Shown here: positions 40,416 through 53,095 of the stretch, piece after piece
Layout: each line of letters opens with the position of its first letter
Numbering within the stretch: position 1 is the first letter of the stretch
Assembly: GCA_964016885.1 (NCBI GenBank)
Contig: OZ024740.1
Location: 50,406,001 to 50,470,000 of the forward strand
Direction: 5' to 3'
From: Eledone cirrhosa
Lineage: Eukaryota
Length of the DNA stretch: 64,000 bases
Notes under the pieces: generated by a model
Database searches by the model: none
Told to the model about the DNA's origin: nothing
The model's input: the letters and a program-made list of their open reading frames with translations, nothing else
Position numbers and translations under genes: made by a program

Positions 40416-40533
40416 TATATATATATATGTGGTCTGTTTGCTTTTTACGCAAACTTGAAATACGTAAATTCGCTTTATCGCCTCTTGAAAAAATATTATG
40501 AAATATTTACTTTGTGCGAATAACTTGCTATAA

Positions 40534-40754
40534 CCCTTTAGAATTTATATTACTCTGTACATACTATTATATTTTCACAGTAAAGGCTTTACCTCACATA
40601 ATTATCTTACGTAATATCGAATCTATGAGATTTTGATATTATTTATTTTGAGAACAATACCTTAACATCAGTGTGAGCAGCCAGTTACAACTGATTTGAA
40701 CAGAAAGAAGTGAGAAAATTCTGGCCGGATACGGCCGGTTTAAATGCTAAAGGG
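40534..40754. mobile_element. piggyBac-type MITE
   Basis: Same TIR and body. Confidence 0.82.
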
Positions 40755-41460
40755 ATAATGTGTGTGGTTTTAATTTTTTTATTTATCAGAAATATAATTT
40801 AACATTAGAATTGACAAAAGAAATCATCAGAAATAATAATATAGTATATATTAGAGATCCATTTTCATTCAATTGTTTCTCTCTCTCTAACTCCACTGAT
40901 AATCTATACCTGGGTGCTGTATTGAATTATTATTATTGTTGTTGTTCTTATTCCAAAGAGGATCTCTCTCTCTCTCTCTTTGTATTCATCTGCGCAGAAG
41001 CTGAAAGTGATTACAAAACAAAAGTACAGTACTTCGTCAAGTTTACCTTTGTCAGACATTGTATTTTTCTACAGCCTCCATTTTCACCATGAGCAGCAAA
41101 CAAAGAACTAAAAGATCTTCAAAGGCTGGCCCTTCAATGCCTGTTTCAAAACGTGAAAGGATTTGATTTACGTGGATTTGCTTTTCACTCCGTGTTGTGT
41201 TCATGAATGCATCTTCGCATAAAAATTATATATATATATATATACATTTACAGTGAGTGCTGGGTGCTTTTTTGCCGTGGCACCTCCACGACCACTTTGC
41301 AGTGGAATGATATGGACCACAAGCTGGAGCAATGTGGAATAAAGTGTCTTGCTCAAGGAAACAACACATCACCCGGTCTGAGAATTGAACTCACAACCTT
41401 TCGATTGCAAGGCCAATGCTCTAACCACTAAGCCATGTGCCTCCATTTATATATATATAT

Positions 41461-42030
41461 CATCATCATCATCATCATCATTTTATGGTTGCTTTTCCCT
41501 GCTTGCAAGGGTGGGATGCGTCCTATTCAGCACAGCATCTCTCCACTTGTCATGGTCCTTCGTCATCTCCACCGTGAGCCTCAGCAATCTGAAGTCTGCT
41601 CTCACCACCTCCGCCTATGTTTTTCATGGTCTTCCTCTACTACGTCTTCCTTCAACTGGCATTTCTTGGCACTTCTTCACCCATCGGTCATCCTCCATGC
41701 GCATCACATGTCCACAGCATCGCAGTCTCCTCTCCCGCACACAACAATTTATCCCTCTTATACACAGTTTCTCTCTCAACACATCAATGCTTGGTCGTTC
41801 ACGCACATTGACATTGCATATCCAACGGAACATGCTTGCCTCATTTCTCTCCAGCCATCGCATATGCTCTGCAGTTGCTGCCCATGTCTCACTACCATGC
41901 AGCATCGTGCACCTCACACAGGCATCATATAACCGGCCTTTCGTACGCAGGGAGAAACTCTTCTTTGTCAGCAGAGGAAGCAGCTCCCTAAACTTCTTCC
42001 AACCCATCCTTATTCTAGATACTATCATCA
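41461..42030 (-). mobile_element. RTE-clade LINE 3' fragment
   Basis: ORF 41624-42034 GWKKFRELLPLL...HGSETW...GRRSRGRP; (GAT)n tail on (TA)n. Confidence 0.9.
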
Positions 42031-42216
42031 CCATCGTTTAACGTCTATTTTCCACGCTAGCATGGGTTAGATGGGTTTGTCCCATTAGAGGCAAGTTGGG
42101 TCGGGTGACCATGTCTCGCTCATATAAGACTGTTTCTGGCTGGTTTTCTACGGCTGGATGCCCTTCCTATATATATATATATTATATTTTAAAATTATTA
42201 TTATTATATATATATG

Positions 42217-42247
<31 letters not shown>

Positions 42248-43049
42248 ATGTGTGTGTGTGTGTGCGCACACACACATATACAACAAGAGAGATAGAAATT
42301 GATTACTGTTATCATTAGTGTTTTATTTTACAAGGCACTTTTCTTCTTTGGATTTTTTTACTGGAAAAGGTAAGGAATTCTTCATATTTTCATAATTTGT
42401 ATATATATGGCTCATTTTACTGCTGAACATTCATTTTCAATAGAATTTTTGTTAACTGGTAAATTGGTTATTCTTCTACAAAACACAAGATATCTTAACC
42501 ATTTTTTATACAATTCCAAGTAATATTTAATTATGATAATATATAATTCTTGGCAGAACTGTTCTGCTAGAGAACAGGACGCAGATGCTGGATAGAAATA
42601 AACCAGATATGATGGTTAGTTGTGATATAAGTGGACAACTGCCACATTAATAAGCAGCCCCCAGGCCAACAGTAGTAAACTACTAAGGGAGATGAAGCAA
42701 TGCTCCCAAGAAAACTCTCACAGCCCAGTGATGTAGCTATGATGAGGTGAGTACAGGCTGCATCTAAAAAAGCCCCGTCTCTGCAAGTTTGAGAAAGTAC
42801 CAGATTGGTGACTGGCACAAATAAGACCACCATGATTGCAATAAGGTGAGTGGAACAAAAAAGAACCATACTACATCATCCTTCACATAGGTTAACAAGG
42901 GTCACATTCAGACCTTAGGTAGAGGGGCTTGTTTGAAAAATATATTGCAGTTTCCATTTCATGCCACAAAAACTGGCAATGGGCCTGTGACCTGTCCTAG
43001 GAGGCTTGGGATGGACACACAAAGATTGTGTATCCCGAGACACTAAAGA

Positions 43050-44800
43050 GAGTTTGGAAGGGAGCAAGCATTGACAATTTGAATCTGGAACATCACAACC
43101 CTTACGGGTTAGGAGCGGGAACTAGTGGAGGAGGCTTGCTGCTACTGGCTAGATATAGCTGGTGTTTCCATGACTCTGCTACTGTAGATTTGGACGGAGG
43201 ATGGAAACTCCACTATTTAGGTGTGGCACCAGAAATGACTGCACAGGCAGGTGTGGGGATACTCACAAGCCCCGGCTGTCAGAATGTGCTACGGACTGGA
43301 TCCCATTTGCAGGGAATTTTGCCTTTTGAAGCTTAGGATGGGTGATAGGTCTCTGAGGGTGGTGCAAGTTTATGAACCAGAGTCTTAATAAAGATCCTTC
43401 CTTGATTAAGTCACTGCAGTGATAATGCAGTTAAGACTGAGTCATATATCCTAATGAGAGACTTCAATGTACATGGCACTAACCACCTGACATGGAAAGG
43501 AGTGATTGGAAGGAATGGCAATCACGATCTAAATACGAATGGAGAGGCCTTACTAGACTTCTATTCTAGTAATGGACTCTATTAAATGGACAGGCCGTAT
43601 TAGACTCCTGTTCTAGCAATGGACTCTATTGAATGGACAGGCCTTACTAGACTTCTGTTCTAGCAATAGACTCTCTATTAAATGGACAGGCCGTATTAGA
43701 CTCCTGTTCTAGCAATGGACTCTATTGAATAGACAGGCCATATTAGACTTCTGTTCTAGCAATGGACTCTCTATTAAATGGAGAGGCCGTATTAGACTTC
43801 TGTTCTAGCAATGGACTCTCTATTAAATGGACAGGCCGTATTAGACTTCTGTTCTAACAATGGACTCTCTATTAAATGGAGAGGCCGTATTAGACTTCTG
43901 TTCTAGCAATGGACTCTCTATTGAATGGACAGGCCGTATTAGACTTCTGTTCTAGCAATAGACTCTGTTGAATGGACAGGCCGTATTAGGCTTCTGTTCT
44001 AGCAATGGACTCTCTATTAAATGGACAGGCCGTATTAGACTTCTGTTCTAGCAATGGACTCTCTATTAAATGGACAGGCTGTATTAGACTTCTGTTCTAG
44101 CAATGGACTCTCTATTAAATAGACAGGCCGTATTAGACTTCTGTTCTAGCAATGGACTCTCTATTAAATGGACAGGCCGTGTTAGACGTCTGTTCTAGCA
44201 ATGGACTCTCTATTAAATGGACAGGCCATGTTAGACTTCTGTTCTAGCAATGGACTCTCTATTAAATGGACAGGCCGTGTTAGACTTCTTTTCTAGCAAT
44301 GGACTCTCTATTAAATGGACAGGCCGTGTTAGACTTCTGTTCTAGCAATGGACTCTCTATTAAATGGACAATCCGTATTAGACTTCTGTTCTAGCAATGG
44401 ACTCTCTATTAAATGGACTGGCCGTGTTAGACTTCTGTTCTAGCAATGGACTCTCTATTAAATGGACAGGCCGTATTAGACTTCTGTTCTAGCAATGGAC
44501 AGGCCGTATTAGACTTCTGTTCTAGCAATGGACTCTCTATTGAATGGACAGGCCATATTAGACTTCTGTTCTAGCAATGGACTCTATTATGAACACCTTC
44601 TTCCAGCACAGAGACACCCATAAATATACATGGAATAAGGGGAATCAAGGACAGAGATTAATAATTGATTTTGTTGTTGTCTCTGATCTCTTCAATTCTG
44701 TGCTGGATGTTCATGTTAGAAGTGCTGAGCTGTCAGCTGATCACCAACTAGTTATCTGCAACTTGATACTACCTAAAGCCAAAGAAGCCCACACAACTGG
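43050..44800 (+). pseudogene. RTE-clade LINE apurinic endonuclease domain, decayed and split by the minisatellite
   Basis: WNITTL.G, AQAGVGILTSP, DFNVH, WKGVIGRNG, NGEALLDFC, MNTFFQHRDTHKYTW, IDFVVVS and SADHQLV motifs. Confidence 0.85.
43538..44589 (+). repeat. Minisatellite, 22 units of 47-49 bp (one of 33 bp)
   Basis: Consensus AATGGACAGGCCGTATTAGACTTCTGTTCTAGCAATGGACTCTCTATTA; counted by hand. Confidence 0.95.
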
Positions 44801-45878
44801 CAGGTGTACGGTGACTTACATGACCACTTTACAGTGTACGCTGGATGCTTTTTTTGTAATACCGACACAACGAATTTACAGTCTAAGGGTGATGTAATCA
44901 GATGTGGGTGGGGTGTTAGGGCATGGGAGGTGTATACTAGATGCACGCTTCAGTCCATGTGTTTGGGAAGGTGGGTCTTCTGTATTACTGCATAGCGTAA
45001 AAAAAACTTTGATCCCGAGTCATTGTTTTTATGTCCGCTTTATGCATGTATCATGCCTGAGTGAGAACTGCAATGCTACATGGCAGTTAAAAATGGACCT
45101 TAACTGCAAAAGACCTGGGAAGGATGGAGAGAAATGAAGTGAGTATACTCCAATGGATGAGTAACATTAGTGTGCATGAACAATGTAGGATAAGTAAACT
45201 GAGAGGAAAACTTGGTATAAGAAAAATTGGATGTAATGTGCAAGAGAGAAGATTGCGCTGGTATAGACATGTGATACATGCAGCTGCATAAAGAAATGCA
45301 GAATAACCCCATACCTATCTCTTCACCATGACCCTCATACATTAATCAGCTACCCCTACCCCTTACTTTTTACCTATCTCTCCATCATGCCTCCCATCCT
45401 ATTGACCACATCGCTCACACCCCTACACTTTACTCATTGCCCTGCCAAATCCCCTCATATACCACTAACCATACTTATTTCACTCCCCTATTGCTTCCTC
45501 TTGAGAGCTGAGAAGGCTCTAGAGTTGGATCTATGACCAATAACCTTTCAATGGCAACACGAAAATGCACCTAGTACACTCTGTAAAGGCGGTTGGCAAC
45601 AGGAAGGGCACCCCAATGTAGAAGCCATGCCTAAAAGGTCTGAGAGGACCCTTTTGTTCAGTCAAAGATACAACAACCTTTATAGTATTGGTGATCTACA
45701 TGATAAACACACCCGGTACATGCTGTAAAGTGGTTGGTGGTAGGAAGGGCATCTAGCCATAGAAACTATATACATATATACACACACGCATATATATATA
45801 CACATGTGTGTATATTATATATATACACGTGTGTACATTATATATATATACATATATTCACACACACACACACACATG

Positions 45879-45918
<40 letters not shown>

Positions 45919-46078
45919 CACATATATATGTATACTTATATATATACATGCATATTTATATGTATATATATGTACACACACACACATTTATACATGTAGA
46001 CATAGAACTTTCTAATATTAGTTTATTTAGCTTGTATCCACCAATGGATGTTTTGACATTATTTAAACTGTTTGAGGG

Positions 46079-46570
46079 CAGTGAATTGGCAGTATCGGTA
46101 GAGGGTCGGACGCCATGCTTTCTAGCATAGAGTTACGGCCCTTGCCATTCTGAGTTCAAATCCCGTCGAGGTTAACTTTGCCTTTCATCCTTACGGGGTC
46201 GATACAATAAAGTACCACTAATGTACTGGGTAATTGCTGGCCAAAAAGTAGAAACAATTATTTAAACTGTTTTAAATGTTTCTCTGATTCTTTTCATTGT
46301 TCAAGTATATTAGTGACAAATAATGTTCTGTCTGAAATTTGCTACTTCTTCACCTATCACTGATAGAGTAATCTCCCCTTAATACATAATTGTTTCTACT
46401 TTAGGCACAAGGCCAGCAAATACTCAGTGCATTACTGGTATTTTTATTTTATCGACCCTGTAAGGATGAAAGACAAAGTTAACCTCGGTGGGATTTGAAC
46501 TCAGAATGGCAAGGGCCGTAACTCTATGCGTCAAAGCATGGCATCCGACTCTACCGATACTGCCAATCCA
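46079..46570. mobile_element. Inverted pair of the same SINE (46079-46263 +, 46386-46570 -)
   Basis: Highly similar copies, tail-to-tail, ~120 bp apart. Confidence 0.85.
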
Positions 46571-46942
46571 CAATACATAATGCAGTGTCAAGGGAAGCAA
46601 TTCATAAAAAGATTCAGCATGCTAAAGATTAATTCTTGAATTGTTAGACAGGTATATTGTGTGCTATTTTTAGCGTCACCACACACTCGTCATAATGTCC
46701 TGATATACACATTCATTTCGTAGATAACGACAAGGACTGTATTCTATCTACTGAATACTTTTTCTATATTCAAATAACCCCTCTGATGAAGGAATGTCTT
46801 CCAATATTGGCTGTCTTAATTTACTAGGATAGCGTGGAAAATGGATGTTAAACGAATTAACCTTGTTTCTTAATTCCAGAATCTAGCCTGTTTTTCCCCA
46901 AGGGATATTTTGGCATTAGTTAAACTACATTAAATATATATA

Positions 46943-47530
46943 TCATCATCGTTTAACGTCAATCTTCCACACTAGCATGGGTTGGACGGTTTTGTCCCAC
47001 TTGAGGCGAGATTGGTCGGGAGACTGTGTCTCACTCGTACAGAACTGTCTCTGGCAGGTTTTCTACGGCTGGATGCCGTTCCTAACACCAACCACATTTA
47101 GTGTGGACTGGGTGCTTTTTGTCGGGTCACCTACACGACCAGTTTGCAGTGGATAGAAATGGGGAGGATAGAGTAGGGTGTGTGGGTTGGTTCAAGAGGT
47201 GCCTACTGACTATAGGCTTAATTTGTTTGCAAGGGAAGGCGGGTCTTCTGTATAACTGCATAGTGCCAAAGATCTTGATCCAGTGACATTGTCTTAGAGA
47301 AGTGTAAGTGAGCAAGCTCAGTTTTTATCACCTCATCCCAGGTTTTTCTTGGTCTACCCACACCGTAGCTTCCATCAATTTTGATTGCTCTGCATTTTTT
47401 TTTATACAGCTGTTGTCCTTCATACACATCACATGTCCATACCAACGCAATCTCTTCTCCTACACACAATATTTGATACCTCTTATGCTTAGTCTCTCTC
47501 TCAATTCGTTTATGCTTTACCATTCACGAA
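46943..47530 (-). mobile_element. RTE-clade LINE 3' fragment
   Basis: KKCRAIKIDGSYGVGRPRKTW, same 3'UTR and tail. Confidence 0.88.
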
Positions 47531-47945
47531 TTAGAATATGGTGCCAATAGGAAATTTTTGAAAATAGAATTTTCATATATTTTCATATAATTTTCGTATC
47601 TTGACTAAAGAAAATTGTCTAATATTAGGGCAAATATATATGTAAACAATCACATGTGGTTTAAAAAATGACGGCGATTGGAATTTAAAAATCAAATTGA
47701 ATTAGCAGCTTTCACTGAATTTGTTTACTACAGAAGACACTCTAATACTCCCCCCCCCCCATAATAGAAAATATGAGGTGTGTTTGATTCCCATGCATGC
47801 TGATACCTATTGTTTTTCATTATGGGGCTTATATGCCTTGTTAGACTATTTTCTGTAGTCAATATATATATATATATTTATATGTATGTATGAATAATGT
47901 GTGTACACACTCATTATATGTGTATATATATATATATACTGTATA

Positions 47946-47987
<42 letters not shown>

Positions 47988-48199
47988 ACAAAGAATCGAA
48001 AATAGTTAGATTAGCATTCATCATCATCATCCCCGTTTAACATCCATTTCCCATGCTATTATGGGTTAGACAAGCTGTCCTGTTGTGAGAGAAACCAAGT
48101 CAGAGAACTGTGTTTTGCTGACGCACTGATTTTGGCTTGATTTCTATGGCTGGATGCCCTTCCTAATGCCATATTGAATATGTATAAGAAATGAATCAA

Positions 48200-50508
48200 T
48201 AACATGAAAACAAAATATATTTTATTTTTTATTGAGGAGAAAAACCCAGGTTAATGGCCAGAAGGCACCATTTTAAATGCTGAGTCATTATGGAAATATA
48301 AAAGAAAATAAGGTAACAACATAATACTAAGATAAAATAATAAGCTGTTGAGAGGATTAAAAAAAATATTTCACTCAAAGTATCTACACTCAGGGAAGGA
48401 GAGAGGAGTCAACATTTATAACTACACTTTCTACTGAATAAAATAATGTCCTTAACAAATATCGCTCAAGACTTTTTGTTTGATTAGGTAGAAGGCTCTA
48501 TTTTTCGAAATGCATCAGCTGTAAAAGTGAAATGAATTGGCTTTAATTGTGAATTAAAACCTTGTTGCTGACTTGGTTTGCTATGAGCTATATAACTTGC
48601 ACTATAGTACTCATCAATATGGCTTGATATTAGTCTAATGATTTATCAGATATTAAATAAAACCAATATCAGCTAAATTGAAGTATTTATATTTCTCTTA
48701 AATTTCATTCAAACAGATTTTAAAACAAACAAAAGCTTTTACAAGTTGGTGAATGAAATGAAGGAAGAAAGAAATTAGCAAAAAAATAAATAAAATAAAA
48801 AAATAAAAAAAGAGAGAGCTAAAGAGGACAAAATGGGATTAGTTTTCAAAAGGCGTAATCTTTTACAGTTGCAGAAAATTATCTCTTGAAGTCTTATATA
48901 ATTTTAACTTCAGCCAGCAGTGACTTAAGCCAAAACTAATTTAATAGCACCACTTGGTAAAAAGATGCATAGAAAAGTTTAAATTTTTTAGGCCACCCAT
49001 CTATGTACTAATCAGGCTTGGTGTAGACTCATCAGCATTTTCAATATAATAATAAAAAAAAAACAGTATAAATCCTAATGCCATTCATGGATATTTAATT
49101 TTTTTTTTTCAAGCCAAAAACTTGAATGAATCAAATTCTTCATTTTGATAATAACTGCATTGATATATGGATAAAATATTTCATAACATACAGTATTGAT
49201 TTCATATACAATGAAACTAAAATATATAAATCAGTTGGGTTTTCTTTTAAACAAAATATAGTTGTTATCGGGAGGACTGATATTTAAAATATATTTTCTA
49301 TAATATAATAACATTTTGATATAATTTTGCTATGGTCAGAATAATTTTATTGACAGTTGCTGGTGGCTTTGATAATCTGTTTTTCCACCAAGGAAAGAAA
49401 TTAGCTGTTGGCTACTGGAAAATAACTTCCCCCAAATAAACAAAAATGAATAACTCTAATATGTAAACAATTTATATACAGAAAAGCAAACACAAAATAA
49501 GATAATTGGTTAAAATAACTAAGAATTTCGAAGAAAGAAATAGTTTTTTCTCAAAATCCCATAAATGGAATATGATTAAAAATAAATCGAAAAAAGTTTA
49601 TATGTATCATAGCAAAATTAAACTGAAGTTAAGCAATCCCTTGAATCTTTCTAGCAATTTAATCTATGAATTATAAAAAAAAAAAAAACCCAATGAATTT
49701 CAGCAAGAGCAAGTTTCTCTTTCTCTCTCAATCCTCTAGATATAATTAAAAAATATGTCACTTGACTTACTAAACCAGCAAGTAGAAGCAATAAGTTTAA
49801 AATAAAAAAATAAATAAAGGCTCCCACCATGAAAACTTTACAGCAGTTACTATTTTATTCCTACAGAATAAGCAAAGATAAAATTTCAATAACAATAACA
49901 GAAATTACTAATTCCTCACAATAATAATAATAATAATAATAATGATAATAATAATAATTTGCTTTTATATTCGATACAATTGAAATTATCATTTAAAAGA
50001 AAAGTAGTCTCGATTTTGGCAGCAGTTTTTAAATGGTAACTCATTCAGTGTCCAGTGTCTTTAACTTATGCACAACGGAAAATATCAAAACAGAAGTAAC
50101 TGACTTGCTGTTTAATTTTATTTTTGTAGTTTTTGTATATTTTTTTCCCTAAGATCAGGCACAATGATAGCTGTAAGGCAGGAAGCATTGGTGTTTTAAT
50201 GCCAGAAGATCACATACTTCAGAATGCGGATCTATATTGGTCAAGAGATTTTAGAAGACAGATCTCATACCAAAACTAAGAGGGAGGAGAGTTTTAAAAG
50301 AAAACAAGATTTACAGAGGGTCATGAACAGCACTTGAAAATAAGGGTTATGAGGGAAAGTTATTTAAAATTTCTGATTTAAAAAAAAATCGTTAGAGTTA
50401 AATAGATTTTAAGATGTAATCAAGGTACTGTAAGGGAAAAAGAGGCAGTTTCATGTTTTTTGACTTTTTAAATTTTTAATTTCTATCTTGACTTAAGTCA
50501 TTCCTGGT
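48200..50508 (-). other. Probable ~2.3 kb 3'UTR of the Zasp-like gene
   Basis: AT/U-rich stretch with no recognisable TE between the stop codon and tandem AATAAA signals; TE fragments resume below ~48175. The end position is inferred. Confidence 0.55.
48221..48233 (-). terminator. Tandem polyadenylation signals (AATAAA x2)
   Basis: + strand TTTATT at 48221-48226 and 48228-48233, followed on the minus strand by a U/GU-rich element. Confidence 0.5.
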
Positions 50509-50586
50509 TTATCTTGCATGCTTTTTGCAGTATGGTTTGCCTGCTTTAGCATAGAAAGGTTGACCTTCAAGGCTAACTTGGCAAGT
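50509..50586 (-). CDS. Zasp52: Zasp-like gene terminal coding exon (end of LIM3, stop)
   Basis: Long pyrimidine tract + CCAG|; TCQVSLEGQPFYAKAGKPYCKKHAR*, the typical Enigma/Zasp C-terminus. Not in the ORF track. Confidence 0.95.
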   Translation of the reverse strand, partial: TCQVSLEGQPFYAKAGKPYCKKHAR

Positions 50587-52561
50587 CTGGAAAAAAAGAA
50601 AAAGAAAAATTATTAATAATGGGAAAACTATTTTTTTTTCTAGAATACTGAATTCTACAATAAAGCAACAAAACATTTGAAGAATAATCAGTTGTAATTA
50701 TCAACACCATCATTAATTTTACGTCCACTTTCCTATGCCGACATGGGTTTGGTCAGGATAGTTTGAGACAATGTTTTACATCCAGATGCCAACCCCTTTT
50801 AGTCGCTTTTCACGACATGCACAGTTTGTCACACCTTTCCAGCCTCCATTTGTGTATCAGCTTCAAAAGATAAAGCGATGGTGCTACGAGAGTGAAAATG
50901 GGGGACTTTTTTTTACTTCCTGCTTGTTAATTTCTAACACTGAGGAAGAGGTGTTTTCTTTTGCAATCCTTGGAGCTGCAGCCAGTACTCCTCTGGAAAC
51001 AGTTATGTCTGCAAACTGTTACTGTTGCTAGCTCTACTGCTGTCCACTGTTTTTCCAACTTCTAACAGTAGAAAGCTCTCAAATGACTCTTATCATCACA
51101 TATGTGACAGCTGAGCTTTTTGTCATGCAAGTCATGTCATTATTCTTTCTCCACCTAAGACTAGGTACATTTCCAGAATGGCTTTGTGGTTTTCAGAGGT
51201 CATTAGTGCTTGGATATCCATACAGATTCCTTCCAGCCACTACTATATCTAGTTGCTTTGGCACTTATGACCTGTTTGTACTATGTGCCACAAAGGTGAT
51301 GATAAGCCAAAGGTCAACATCATCGCCAATGTCCTTCACCATGACTCTTGTGTGACATGATCCAATGAATTACAATACTAGCCTATGGGTTGGTGAACAA
51401 TGATCTTTTTTTTCACCAAGACTTTAGTTTTGAAAAACAGACAAACAATCCCTTACTGATAAAGATATCACTCTTCATATTGGGTAGGGTTATCTCCATT
51501 TTTGACTTTGAAGGTATAAAGAAAGCCTCTATATTTTTAGAAAGGCAAATATATATGACTCTCCTCTTTACTTGGATAAATACCAGGTAAGGAGGCTGTT
51601 TCTTTGGTTACATACTACTGCCATGTAAATTTTTTTCCTGCTAAGTGACATGCATTTGATTCTTTTCTGTGCTATTTGTATTGTTCAAAGAAAATTTTCA
51701 TTAAAATGGACTTGCTTTCTTCATTTGGTAAAATCTCTGAGAGTGTTGTGGGTGTGTCTTTGTGAATGTTGTGCAAATTTGCATTTCTGAGTATGAAATT
51801 GTGACTTTTTGTTTCATTGTCATTTTGCTTCTTCATTTTTAATTAATTTTGTTTTGGTGTATTGTGAAAATTATTTCATTATTTTTGAAGATGACGAGTG
51901 CTACTCCCTTTCTTTTTGGTACCTCTTACTACTCCTTTAGTAGAGGACACCAGATTGAGATTATTGTAAACATAAGACATTTTTGGAAAGAATAAAACAA
52001 TATCTAAAAGACAGACCTTTCATCTGTCTCAAGAATTTGTCCCAACACCTTAAAGTCCCCTGTTTTTCAGAATAATCAAATAAAAAAAAAAATTCATTCA
52101 TCTAGTCAAAACTTTGGAGCCATTGAAAGACATCTGTTCACACCAAAACCCAAATATAATAATTGTTTCTACTTTTGGCACAAGGTCAACAATTTGAAAG
52201 AGTGGATGAAAGTCAATTAAATCAATCCCACTGAGTTACTGGTGGTTTATTTTATCAACCTTGTAAGGATAAAAGGTATAGTTGACGGTGTGATTTAAAC
52301 TCAGAAAGTAACTAAATACTGCAAAGCCTTTTGTCCAAAACTCTACCGATTCTACCAATCCAAGCCTTTAATAATAATGATAGTAATAAAACTAATATTT
52401 CATTATTGTTATTGTTATTATATCATGACTCATACACTGTTTATTTTCCTGACATTTGTACATTATTCTATGTACTATACATGTACCTTTGATGAGTTGT
52501 AGTGCACCTGAGCACTGTACACAATAATTTCATTATTATTATTATTATTATTAATACTTAC

Positions 52562-52677
52562 TGAACAGGCAAAGCAATCTGAATGGTAGCTATGATCCAT
52601 TGCCTCAACCCATCTATCTCCAGGATCAATAGGATATTTACATCCAAAGCAGATAGCTTGGAACATTTCCTTCCAGT
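52562..52677 (-). CDS. Zasp52: Zasp-like gene exon: LIM3
   Basis: TTTCCAG| ... TCA|GTAAGT, 116 nt, phase 1-0; WKEMFQAICFGCKYPIDPGDRWVEAMDHSYHSDCFACS. Confidence 0.95.
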
Positions 52678-52764
52678 CTGGAAAATAAAATTGGAAACAT
52701 TTACATGTGTTATGAAAAAACAAACAAACCGAAGGCAAGAAAATAGGACTGATAGCAAAACAAC

Positions 52765-52804
<40 letters not shown>

Positions 52805-52974
52805 TGTCAGAAATAGAGAGAGGTGAGAACAAGGAAGGATAGAAAGTAAGAAAGAGGAGAGGAAAAAGTGAGACACACATATACACATATGTGTGAGTGG
52901 AGTGTGTGATGATAATGATATAACATTTAGTGTATCTGAGGTATGGAAAAAAGGACAAAAAACAGCATACTTAC

Positions 52975-53095
52975 GAGGATCACAATAGAATTCCCCATCT
53001 TCTATATGGAAGCTGCTGCCTCCAATTGGTTTCCTACATTGAGCGCACAAGAAACAATTGGGATGGAAAGTAGTGTTCATTGCGTTCACACATTC
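52975..53095 (-). CDS. Zasp52: Zasp-like gene exon: LIM2
   Basis: CTACAG| ... C|GTAAGT, 121 nt, phase 0-1; ECVNAMNTTFHPNCFLCAQCRKPIG...FYCDP. Confidence 0.95.

Noticed and set aside
39629-42041. Plus-strand ORFs of 290 and 218 aa
   Set aside because: Antisense shadows of RTE RT fragments.
43538-44589. CRISPR-like regular array
   Set aside because: Units are contiguous with no unique spacers, there are no cas genes, the context is eukaryotic, and the unit derives from LINE coding sequence.
52475-53089. 204-aa single ORF
   Set aside because: Chance read-through of an intron joining two real LIM exons; annotated as separate exons.
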